DNA of 64,000 bases from Eimeria praecox (Eukaryota), in NCBI GenBank assembly GCA_963920595.1, contig OY986946.1, forward strand, positions 6,634,001 to 6,698,000, read 5' to 3'. Made by a program: the position numbers and the translations under genes. The notes under the pieces are model-generated. The model worked only from the letters and a program-made list of their open reading frames with translations, had not been told where the DNA came from and made no database searches. The stretch's first letter is position 1, and every line of letters begins with the position of its first letter. Shown here in pieces: positions 1-40,299 of the stretch.

Positions 1-180
1 CTGTGTCTATCTCTTTCTCTTTGTCTCTTTCTCTGTCTCTACCACTGTCTCTCTGTCTCTCTCTGTCTCCTCTGTCCCTGTCTCCTTCTCTATCTCCTCT
101 GTCTCTGTCTCTCTGTCTCCTCTGTCGCCGTCTCTCTGTCTGTCTCTCCCTCTCTCTTTCTCTCTTTCTCTCTTTCTCTT
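1..180. repeat. (CTCTGT)n/(CT)n pyrimidine-rich microsatellite, DXR intron
   Basis: Directly visible degenerate tandem repeat. Confidence 0.85.
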
Positions 181-279
181 AGTGAAGACAACAACAGCAA
201 ATAGCAGAAAAACAAACAACAACACGAGCAAGGACAATCTAAAATAAAAAACGGGGTGTATAGACAGCTCAATAATTAT

Positions 280-516
<237 letters not shown>

Positions 517-539
517 GCATATATATTTGCTGCCTGCAG

Positions 540-634
540 GTCCAGTCTTTCGCTCTCTCTTTCGAAAATCTTTTAAAACCCCCCGCAACTTTGATACATT
601 CGGATTATACGGAGATCTACCTACAAGACAACCA

Positions 635-689
<55 letters not shown>

Positions 690-2305
690 ACAACAGCAAC
701 AGCAACAACAGCAGCAGGAGACTAGGGCGTTTGCTTCCTGTAGACAGCGAACACAGTGCTATCTTTCAAGCCTTGCAGGGTCTCCCTCCTTCTTCTTATC
801 CCCCCAATAAATTATTACTTTGCTGTTCTGGGGGCCCCTTCCTCCATCGTAAATTAAACGAGTTAAAACATGTTAAACTTGAAGACGCCCTTAAACATGT
901 ATAGGAGATTTAGTTTATTATATATACACTAGAAATAATAATAATAAATAAATAAATAAATAAATAGTAATAAATAATAATAATAATAATAATAATAATG
1001 ATTGGGGGGGGGGATAGGAACACACGGAGAAGCGAGAAGTGGTCGTGTTGCTGCTGCTGCTGCTGCTGTTGATGCTGCTGCTGCTGTTGATGCTGCTGCT
1101 GCTGTTGATGCTGCTGCTGCTGTTGATGCTGCTGCTGCTGTTGATGCTGCTGCTGCTCTTGATGCTGCTTTGGTTTGTTGGTGCTGCTGCTGTTGATGCT
1201 GCTGCTGCTGATGTTATTGTTGTTGTTGTTGCTGCTGCTGTTGCTGTATTTGCTCGTGGTGATGTTGCTGCTGCTGCTCTTCTGGTGCTGCTCTTGCTGC
1301 TGCTGCAGTTGTTGGTGCTGTTAGGTGGGGGTGTTTGTTTGCTTGTTTGCAAGGATTAATTAATTAATTAATTAATTAAAAGTACAACTAAAAATATAAA
1401 TAACTAAATAACTAAATAACTAAATAACTAAATAACAAACTAAATAACAAACAAACAAATTAATTAATTAACTAATTAATTAATTAACTAATTAATTAAT
1501 TAACTAATTAATTAATTAACTAATTAATTAATTAACTAATTAATTAACTAACTAACTAACTAATTAATTAATTAATTAATTAACTAATTAATTAACTAAT
1601 TAATTAATTAACTAATTGATTAATTAATTAATTAATTAATTAACTAACTAATAAGAAATCTACATTTAAACAAGTGTATATGTGTGTGGGTATATGTGAT
1701 GTGTACGTACACCTCACAGCCTAAATGGCGTATGGGGAAGAAGATAACGATAGACAGCGCAACATTAATGAATAAAGGATTAGAAGTGATAGAAGCCCAT
1801 GAGGCGTTTGGTGTCTCCTATGATAATATTGAGGTGTATATACACCCCGAGGCTCTTATACATTCTGCTGTTGAGATGAACGATGGGGCTGTGCTAGCTC
1901 AACTGTCTCTTCCGAGTATGAAGATACCTATTACTTATGCTCTTACTTGGCCTCATAGAATCAAGTAGGATTAAATATATATTGTATCTCTTTAGATATA
2001 TCTCTATCTCTCTATCTCTCTATCTTTATATCTACCTCGATTTGTCGCGCTGTCTCCGTATCTGTTTCTCTGTCTCTGTCTCTGTCTCCTTTTCGCTGTC
2101 TCTCTGTCTCTGTCTCTGTCTGTCTCTTTCTATCTCTCTCTGTCTGTCTTTCTGTCTCTCTCTCTCTGTCTGTCTCTGTCTCCCGTTGTCTCCCTCTCCC
2201 CCTCTGCTTTTGTATTTTGTTTGTTGTCTGTATTGTTTCTTACGCCCCCTGTGTCTCTGTAGAGAGACACTCCATCTATTGCTGTTGCATATATACATAT
2301 ATATA

Positions 2306-2351
<46 letters not shown>

Positions 2352-4975
2352 TGTCTGTGTCTCTCGATTTTTCTGACTGTCTTCTGTTCAGGACTTCTTG
2401 GCCTCGCCTCGATTTAACCTCCTGCGGGCCCTTGACGTTCTCAGCTCCAGATATGTAAATAAATAAAAAATAAATAAATAAATAAATAAATACATAAATA
2501 AAGCTTTAAATGAATATTAATAAATGTATAAATATAAGTATAAATATACATAAATATATATATATAAGGAAATACATAGATGTAGATATCGATATCGATA
2601 TATAGATATAAATATAAGTAGAAATATAACTGTACATATACACCCCACAGACCTGTCTCCTTTCTTTTTTAAATACTGTCTCCTTTTCATCTGTCTCCTT
2701 TCTGTTTAAATACTAGCTGTCTCCTCTCTCATCTGTCTCCTTGTCTTCTGTCTCTTCTCTATCTGTCTCCTTTTGTTTTGTGTGTCTCCTCAGGGAGACA
2801 TTTGAGTATTTGCGTGTGTCTTCCTGTCTCCTTTTCTTTCAAACACTGTCTCCTTTCTAATCTGTCTCCTTTCTAATCTGTCTCCTTTCTAATCTGTCTC
2901 CTTTCTCCTCTGTCTCCTTTCTCCTCTGTCTCCTTTCTCCTCTGTCTCCTTTCTCCTCTGTCTCCTTTCTCCTCTGTCTCTTTTTGTTTTGTCTGTCTCG
3001 TCAGGGAGACATTTGAGTGTTTGCGTGTGTGTGTCCCCTATCTTTTTTAAATACTGTCTCCTTTCTTATCTGTCTCCTCTCTTATCTGTCTCCTTTCTTA
3101 TCTATCTTCTTCCTCCTCTGTCTCCTTTCTCCTCTTTCTCCTCTATCTGCTCTCTCCTCTGTCTCCTTTTATTTTGTGTGTCTGTCTCCTTAGGGAGACA
3201 TTTGAATGTTTGAGTTTAGCTTACAGTGTAGGCCGTCGAGGGTATCTGTGGCCTGCTGTACTCAATGCTGCAAACGAGGAAGCTGTCTCCTCTTTTCTAA
3301 ATCATAAAATTAATTTTCTTGATATTCCTAAACTCATTAAATTTGTTCTTAATAAGGCAGAAAGTTTCATTCATACACAAAATAGTAATACACACGAACT
3401 CACCCTTGAGGTAAACAACAGAAATAACATCCGTACACTGTCTTCTTCCACTGTCTCCTTTGCTGTCTCCTTCCACTGTCTCCCTTGCTGTCTCCTTCCA
3501 CTGTCTCCTTTGCTGTCTCCTTTGCTGTCTCCCTTGCTGTCTCCCTTGCTGTCTCCTTTGCTGTCTCCTTTGCTGTTTCCTCTGCTGTCTCCTTTGCTGT
3601 CTCCTTCGCTGTCTCCTCTGCTGTCTCCTCTGCTGTCTCCTCTGCTGTCTCCTTACACTGTCTCCCTTGCTGTCTCCTTCCTCTGTCTCCTTCCACTGTC
3701 TCCCTTGCTGTCTCCTTCCTCTGTCTCCTTCCACTGTCTCCCTTGCTGTCTCCTTCCTCTGTCTCCTCCGACTGTCTCCTTTGACTGTCTCCTTCGCTGT
3801 CTCCTTCGACTGTCTCCTTTGCTGTCTCCTCTGCTGTCTCCTTCCACTGTCTCCTTTGCTGTCTCCTTTGCTGTCTCCTTTGGTGTCTCCCTTGCTGTCT
3901 CCTTCCACTGTCTCCCTTGCTGTCTCCCTTGCTGTCTCCCTTGCTGTCTCCTTTGCTGTCTCCTCTGCTGTCTCCTCTGCTGTCTCCTTCCACTGTCTCC
4001 TCTGCTGTCTCCTCTGCTGTCTCCTTCGACTGCCTCCTTTGCTGTCTCCTCTGCTGTCTCCTTTGCTGTCTCCTTTCTGCTGTCTCCTCCGACTGTCTCC
4101 TTCTTCTGTCTCCTTCGACTGTCTCCTTCTTCTGTCTCCTTCCTCTGTCCCCTTCCTCTGTCTCCTTCCCCTGTCTCCTTTGCTGTCTCCTCTGCTGTCT
4201 CTTTCTACTGTCTCTTTCGACTGTCTCCTTCTTCTGTCTCCTTTTCTGTCTCTTCTCCTGTCTCTTTTCTCTGTCTCCCTTGATGTTTCTGTTGGTGTCT
4301 CCTTTGGTGTCTCTTCTACTGTCTCCTTAAACCATTCTTTTGCTGTCTCCTTCGACTGTCTCCTCTCCTCCTCTCTCCTTTGTTGTCTGCTTCGATGTAT
4401 TCTCTGGAGCCTCTTCTTCTGTCTCTTCTTCTCTCTCTTTCTTTTCTGTCTCCTCTTCTCTCTCTTTCGTTTCTGTCTCTTCTTCCCTCTCTTTCCTTTC
4501 TGTCTCTTCTTCTGTCTCTTCTTCTCTCTCTTTCTTTTCTGTCTCTTCTTCTGTCTCTTTCTTTTCTGTCTCCTCTTCTCTCTCTTTCCTTTCTGTCTCT
4601 TCTTCTGTCTCCTTCCTTTCTCTCTTCTTCTGTCTCCTTCCTTTCTCTCTTCTTCTGTCTCCCTCTTTTCTGTCTCCTCTCCTGTCTCCTTCCTTTCTCT
4701 CTCCTCCTGTCTCTCTCTTTTCTGTCTCTTCTTCTGTCTCTTTCTTTTCTGTCTCCTCTTCTGTCTCCTCTCCTGTCTCCTTTTTTACTTTTTCTGCTCT
4801 TCCTTCTTTTTCTCTTTTTCTTTTTTTATGTTATCTTCACTTTGTTGTTTAAATTTCTCTCTCTGTCTTAAAGCTGAGAGACAAGACACCCTCAGTCCCC
4901 CTCGGCCCCCCAAGCCTGCAGCGCCTTACTTGCTGCTACTGCTGCTGCTGCTGCTGTTGCTGCTGGTGCTGTTGC

Positions 4976-5031
<56 letters not shown>

Positions 5032-5115
5032 CTGCTGCAGGATGTGGAGGAAGCAGACTCCTGGGCTCGTCAAGCTGCAAATGATTTCACGCCTGACCCT
5101 TCGCTCGTGCTTTGA
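540..5115 (+). CDS. DXR: 1-deoxy-D-xylulose-5-phosphate reductoisomerase (apicoplast MEP pathway), 5'-partial; exons 540-898, 1720-1964, 2392-2454, 3194-3410, 5041-5115
   Basis: Spliced translation gives hallmark DXR motifs [87 protein letters not shown] and EADSWAR. All four introns are GT-AG with matching phases. The N-terminal exons lie upstream of the window. Confidence 0.95.
1048..1310. repeat. (CTG)n tract with an 18-bp GTTGATGCTGCTGCTGCT higher-order unit, DXR intron
   Basis: Directly visible. Confidence 0.9.
1356..1650. repeat. (TAAT/TAAC)n tetranucleotide tract
   Basis: Directly visible. Confidence 0.9.
3430..4800. repeat. CTGTCTCC-core degenerate minisatellite filling the last DXR intron
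   Basis: Roughly 1.4 kb of CTGTCTCC(T/C) units; almost no A on the + strand, which explains the many long spurious ORFs here. Confidence 0.9.
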
Positions 5116-5159
5116 GGTGTCTCCTTAGAGACACATCAAATTTAAACGAATCTCTCTCC

Positions 5160-5192
<33 letters not shown>

Positions 5193-5384
5193 CGTCTCTG
5201 TCTCTCCTTCTCTCTCTGTCTCTCTGTCTCTCTCTCTCTCTCTCTTTCTGTTGTATCTTAGTAGTAAAGAAAGAAAATAAAAATTAAATTAAAACACAAA
5301 TAAAAAATTAATTTAGAGACAAATCAAACAAACAAAATACAAACACCTCTTCTGTTAACAGCCGCCCTTATAACGAAAGCAAGA

Positions 5385-5600
5385 GCTGCAGCAGCAGCTG
5401 CAGCAGCAGCAGCAGGAGCTGCTGCAGCAGCAGCTGCTGCAGAAGGAGCTGCAGCAGGAGCTGCAGCAGCAGGAGCTGCAGAAGAAGCTGCAGCAACAGC
5501 TGCAGCAGCAGCAGCAGCAGTAGCAACAGCAGGCACAGCAGCAGCAGCAGCAGCAACAGCAGGCACAGCAGCAGCAACAGCAGGAGGAGCAGCAGCAGCT
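5385..5600. repeat. (CAG)n tract downstream of the DXR stop
   Basis: Directly visible. Confidence 0.9.
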
Positions 5601-6369
5601 GGCGTAGAGTGTCTCCTTTTGCTTTTGTCTTTGTATTGTTTTATACACTATACGCAGATTATACATACTTATTTTCTGTATTGTATATAATATATATATA
5701 TATATAATATTATATATATATTATATAATGTAGACTGTATATATTATATATATAATATAATATATATAATTCCAAGCGGAAGTGGCTCTGCTGCTGCATC
5801 GCAGCAGCAGCAGCAGCAGCAGCAGGAACTGCAGCAGATTGAGAGGAGGCCCTTATGTATTATCTATCGTCTCTGTCTGCTTTGTTTTAGAGACAGGAAG
5901 AAAGTAGTTAGGGGTAGCTGCATGCGTAGATGTGGAGACAGTGCATGCAGTGTCTTTACTTTGGGGCTTTCTGTGTCTTTGTCTTTTATGTCTTTGAGCT
6001 CAGCTGTACGTACACCTCGGTGTACACTGTCTCTCTCTCTCTGTCTCTCTCTCTCTCTGTCTCTGCATGCTGTCGATGATACTTCTATGAGCCCCGAGTG
6101 CTTTCCTCTCTTCTATATATATATATATATGCATATTACATCTATCTGTATATCTATATACTTATATATCTATATATCTCTATATCTATATGTCTATATA
6201 GATATATAGATATATATGGTTTATTAACAGTACAGGAGACAAATCCTCAAGACTGCATGCAGTGTCTTTTCAAAGACATCGCTATTTTACGGTGTATATG
6301 CACCTGCTGCATGCAGCAGACAGGCCGCAGCTAACAGCATTCCTCATACTCAGGGGGCTTAGGGCTTTT

Positions 6370-6811
6370 AACTATTAACAACTATAATAATAATAATAAA
6401 TAATAATAATAATTAATAATAATAATAATTAATAATAATAATAATTTAGAGACAGTTGTTATAATACAACAATTAATATAATAATATTAATATAGAGAGA
6501 TAGTTGTTTTAATACAATTAATATAATAATATTACTATAAAGACACTTGTTTACAATACAACAGACTGGATACTATATTAATTAATATTAATATAATATT
6601 AACTAATATAATATTAATTAATATAATTATAATATTAATTAATATAATATTAATTAATATTATAATTATATTAATTAATATAATATTTATTTGAAGGTTC
6701 CTACTTAGTCTGTTCGAATAAGAAAGACCTACGAGAAGTATATTATAAAATTATTATTAACAAATAAATTATTATAACCGAAATAATATATATATTATTT
6801 ATATAATATAT

Positions 6812-6862
<51 letters not shown>

Positions 6863-7093
6863 TATTAATTATTATTATCGTCAATTATTATTATATATTA
6901 TTATTATTATTTATGTATTACTATTATTATTTAATTATTATTATTATTGTTATAACTCGCATTATATACAGCTATCTTTCTATTATAATACTCATAATAT
7001 TTGTTTTTATTATAAACAACAGTCTTTGTATTAGGACGTTTACAATATTTTTTATACTACAAATAACTGTCTTCATATTATTATTATTACTAC

Positions 7094-7128
<35 letters not shown>

Positions 7129-7174
7129 TACAATACACATATACTATGCATATCCTATTCTATTCTCTCTCTCT

Positions 7175-7222
<48 letters not shown>

Positions 7223-7260
7223 TTATTTTCGTATAATAACTACTTGTCTCCAAATAATAT
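6370..7260. repeat. Extremely AT-rich low-complexity block (TAA/TA/TTA repeats)
   Basis: Directly visible. Confidence 0.85.
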
Positions 7261-7337
7261 ATACTACAAATACAAAGACAAACAACTATTTTAATAACAG
7301 AGGCGCGTCTCCCCACAACAGCAAATTTGCTGCTGCT

Positions 7338-7368
<31 letters not shown>

Positions 7369-7636
7369 GACAGCAGCAGAAGCCTCTCTGCATGCATACA
7401 CCTGAAAATCAGCAGCAAGAAAGCAACGGCAGACGGACCCTCTCATCTACAGTAGCTAGCTGCAGCTAGCTGCAGCTAGCTGCTGCTGCTAGCTGCTGCT
7501 TGCTGCTGCTAGCAGTAGCAGCTAGCTGCAGACTTGGTTATAAACTCTTCTCTGTATTTTATTAGGAGACAGAGACAGAGACAGAGACAGAGACAGAAAG
7601 AAACAGAGACAGAGAGAAAGAGACAGAGACAGAGAC

Positions 7637-7865
7637 AGCAGGAGATATGGTTTTTAAATAGGGAGATTGTGTTGTGTGTCTCTGTACTGTACATACACCA
7701 GAGAAGGCCTCTCTGGTTTTTACAGTGTATATTATATGCTGTCTCTTAGAGACAGCTACAAGCAGCTGCTGCTGCTGCTGCTGCTGCTGCTTCAATGCTG
7801 TACAGACAGTGCACACAGGAATGCTGAGGAGGCGATTACAATCTCTGCATGCAGATAAGTAGAGA

Positions 7866-7916
<51 letters not shown>

Positions 7917-7966
7917 ACAGTACAAACACAACACAAACTCCCTATTTAAAAAACATATCTCCTGCT
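7637..7966. repeat. Imperfect inverted repeat, arms ~7637-7697 and ~7912-7966
   Basis: AGCAGGAGATATGGTTTTTAAATAGGGAGATTGTGTTGTGT on the left is the near-exact reverse complement of ACACAACACAAACTCCCTATTTAAAAAACATATCTCCTGCT on the right. Confidence 0.85.
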
Positions 7967-8061
7967 CTCTGTCTCTATCTCTTTCTCTCTGTTTCTGCTT
8001 CGTTCTTTCTCTGTCTCTGTCTCTCTCTCTCCCTCTCTCTCTCTCCCTCTCTCTCTCTCTC

Positions 8062-8113
<52 letters not shown>

Positions 8114-8158
8114 GCTCACTCTGTCTGCCAAACTCTCTACTCCCTCGTGCCCCGTCAG

Positions 8159-8193
<35 letters not shown>

Positions 8194-8226
8194 ACTACAT
8201 ATACATATATATATACATATATATAC

Positions 8227-8275
<49 letters not shown>

Positions 8276-8307
8276 TATATGTAAATATATATATTTATAT
8301 ATATAAC

Positions 8308-8463
8308 CCTGAAGTTGCCCGAGGGCGGAGAGAGAGGGTTAGGAAGCATACAAAGAAGATATTCGGCAGAAAATGATTCTAAGGAGAAGAAGAAAACTAC
8401 AGAAAGAAGAAGGCATATACAGAAAATACTGTAAGCTTAAAGACAAGCAGCAGCACCTTGGCT

Positions 8464-8510
<47 letters not shown>

Positions 8511-8889
8511 GTGTAGGCCGCAGCCCCACACTGTCGGGTAGAAGGTAAGAGGGATAAAGAAGTTCTTTAAAGATATTGAATGTCTCAGAAAGTGTGCGAG
8601 AGATATATAAAATGAAAGCAGAGTCAAAATAAAATTACGTTGAAGAAGTGTATAGTAGGTGTACATACACCGCAGGCTCCAGCAATGTGCACCAGCGGTC
8701 TGTGCGATGTAGGCAACAGAAACCATCATCGACTAATAAAAATGGTTTATAAATATTATTTTTGATATTTTATTTTGTTTATTTTGTTTTATTATATTAA
8801 ATTTATAAAAAAATACAACAGAAAATACCTCTAGATTCCTTGAGAGAGAGCCGTGCGGCCTTCTTCGCCTGCAGCCAAGGGAGCACCAT
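8308..8889 (-). CDS. Tentative hypothetical protein, 3'-incomplete; exons 8889-8829, 8732-8671, 8583-8457, 8378-8308
   Basis: Four complex-sequence islands join in phase without stops: [66 protein letters not shown](C)15[26 protein letters not shown]. Introns are 96, 87 and 78 nt, GT-AG; one acceptor is an atypical GAG. No family recognised. Confidence 0.4.
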
Positions 8890-9436
8890 GAAGGAAGCAA
8901 TCTACTTCCTTTCTTTGTTATTTTTCGATTTATTTTGATTCGTTTGGGAAAATAAAAAGAATAAATATATTAAAAAAGTATATTAAGAAGATTACAAAGA
9001 CAGAAACAACCGCAGAAGTTAACTATTCAACAACACCTATAGCCAGTCCGTTGGTCGCCTCAGCCTTCTCGGTGTATATACACCCCAAGTCTTTCTTATA
9101 TATATATATATATATATTATCTTCTTTTATTTTCTTTTTTAGATTTATTCTGTATGTTTTTCAGTTTCTTTTCGAATTGTTGCTGCTAAGCTGCAGCAGC
9201 AGCAGACAGCCTTACAGCACTATCGTCCTTCTACCCCCGTGGAGCGGTCTACTTGAGGGTTTTTGAGGTTATGTTTGTTTTTCTCTATATATTATTTGTC
9301 TGTTATATATTATTCAAGTATTATATTTAAATATATTTGAAAGAATTTATAAAAAAAACACAAACACAAAACATACTACAGCAACTACCTGCTTCCTCTG
9401 GCAGCTCATCTACTGCGGTCCTTGCTGCTCCTGTTG

Positions 9437-9489
<53 letters not shown>

Positions 9490-9678
9490 AGCTATGGCTG
9501 CAGCCGGGGGTTTCTCTTCTTCTGTTTGCCGCGCTGTCTTCTGTATGTCCGTGCTGCCTCTGTACAGCAACAGCAGCAGCAGCACCAACAGCAAGAGCAG
9601 CAGCAAGAACAGCAGCAAGAGCAGCAGCAAGAACAGCAGCAATAATAACAGCAGCAACAGCAGCAGCATTCTATCAGG

Positions 9679-38097
<28,419 letters not shown>

Positions 38098-39108
38098 TTT
38101 AATGCATTGCACGCACCCTATTGCCCATTGGTAATGCAAACAGGGAATCTTCTAATCCGACAGTTGCCCGTAGTACATCTTGGCTGGCGGGATTTTATTC
38201 TTCACACCAAACTTATGTAACCTAATCTTTGGCTGTACAGTTTTGGCGTAGAAGGCCGATAAAGCAAATCCTTCACATCAGGCTAGTCTGCCGGAGGGTG
38301 GCGATTTCACCAGCAACGTTGCGCATGGCAGCCCTTCCTAGCACTCCCGAAAAATAGCTGAGGGGCTTTTACTCGCAACAGCACAGCAGAAGTGCCCCGG
38401 AGCCAGTCTGATGCAAACAGCTGCACAGGTGTAGTTTCTGCAGCTGCGCTTAGGTTAAGAGCTACTCCTCCACGTGCGAACGCTCAAGCAACAACTGAAC
38501 AATCCAATGGCAAATCGTTGTACAATGAGACGGCAAAAGCTGGAAGCTGCAAAAGGCGCTACATCTGCATACTACTAAGAACGAATCGTTGTACAATGAG
38601 ACACCAAGGAAAGCTGGAAGCAACAGATGGTTATGCTTCCTCGCTGCGATTGTAACCGCCCACGCGCCGCCAACTATGTCGAAAGGTGCCCATACAAATT
38701 GGATATTAGCATGCAATGTAATACCACTCCTACACAGCAACTTCTACTCTTTGGATACCGTTATAAAGTACTTCCTGGCCCACTGCATGATGTATGTATG
38801 TAGCCCCTTAGCGTATGCGGTTGGGTAACGTAGTTCGACCAAATGGTATTTTGAACCCTTAGTTGCATTCAAGGGAAAGGGAAAGGTACAAGACTCAGCA
38901 GCCTGCCAGCCGCTGAGAGGGGAGGGGGTTAAAGTTTCATAAACCATGCAAACAGCACTCCCATGAGCTGAGGTGGCGCATTAGCATACTCCAAAAATTG
39001 CCACACCCACGAAGATAATGGAATTGCGGCACTAATGTGGCATGATCACAAAAATTTGGTTGAATTAGTTGAGCGCTTCGGTTATCCGTTGAAAGCGCGT
39101 AAACTGTC

Positions 39109-39860
39109 TTAGCCGGTACGTAGTTTTGCACGTCGTTCCTGTTGCTGCAGCCACCCACACACACACACAGGCAAACACAGGCACACACACACGCGCATAC
39201 ACATACGCGCGCGCACACGCATTCATATATATAGACGCAATCCCTGAAGCAGGTCACAGGTCCACCCTTCCATCTATCCGCCCCAAGCAGCAGAGGAATC
39301 CAGCGTTTCCCGTGAGGCCTGGCTAGACGGGTCATTACTGGGTCTCACCTTCTTCCGGAGGTTGCAGTAAACATTGTCAAGGGGAAGGTAAAACAGAAGG
39401 AAGCATCCGGCAAGCTTCGCAGCCCCGATTCCAAACGAACGGAGGTACTGCAGCAGAAGAATCACGGAACAATCAAACTAGGTATATTGTGAACGCGGAG
39501 CTGTTCTTGCCTCGCAGCTCAGCACCTCTCAGGGCACTAGGGGAACTCTACGCAAGTCGCAAGCACGTTTCAGAAGACACTACACAGAGCATATTCGCTT
39601 ATGAGGTGGTAAGGAAGCCAATAGTTGCAACGCCTGTGCAGCAAGAAGGTAGCGTACAGTGGGTTTCATGCCAAACTGCGTGCGCGTGAGGGAATTGGCG
39701 AAGCCCCTGACGCCGCCGTAAGTCGTATTCGGGAGGTAGCCTGGGGGGTAAAAGTACCCATAACGAGAGAATATTTCAACCTCTCTGCCAGTATAAGGCA
39801 AATGCTGACCCACGTTGATGCGCCCAGGGTGGACGTCGGCAGCTGAGGCAGGAGGGGTTC
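39109..39860 (-). CDS. Small hypothetical protein with one C-terminal hydrophobic segment, 5' end unresolved; exons 39860-39658, 39447-39349, 39144-39109
   Basis: Clean CAG acceptors and GT donors in phase: ...PYTGREVEIFSRYGYFYPPGYLPNTTYGGVRGFANSLTRTQFGMKPT|YLRSFGIGAAKLAGCFLLFYLPLDNVYCNLRKK|QQERRAKLRTG*. Confidence 0.65.
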
Positions 39861-40299
39861 CTGCAGGTACTGCACGGCTGGTCATTTCTTCCAAACCATG
39901 TGAAGCCTCAAATAACGAATCTTCATGAAATTTCAGCCTATTTTCTCGCAGTTATAACAACTTTGCGTCTGTATATACAATATGTTCCAATATACGATCC
40001 TGGCTGCCGCAGAATTTGCATGCAGACCAGTCCCATGGCAGCCAGTAGACCATCACCTAATAAACGACCACGTAGGGCTTCTGATCTTCCTATGGTAAAA
40101 CCGTAAGTTCAACGAAACCGATTCGTTATACGAGCGTAAAATGATAGTACAATTGCAGGATTTATTGCTTCTGTATAAGCAACTAACGAGCCGGAGACGC
40201 AGTGTATGCTCTGCACCATGCTGGAACTGGTTTCTCTTCCTGCTCGCAGACATACTACTGAGAACCAAGTAAGCGTTTGAAGACAGTCTAAACTTCAGT

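Noticed and set aside
3297..4871. Many long overlapping ORFs (up to 551 aa) on both strands
   Set aside because: Artefacts of a stop-poor minisatellite inside a DXR intron.
38513..38625. CRISPR-like repeat-spacer-repeat
   Set aside because: Only two copies, eukaryotic context, no cas genes.
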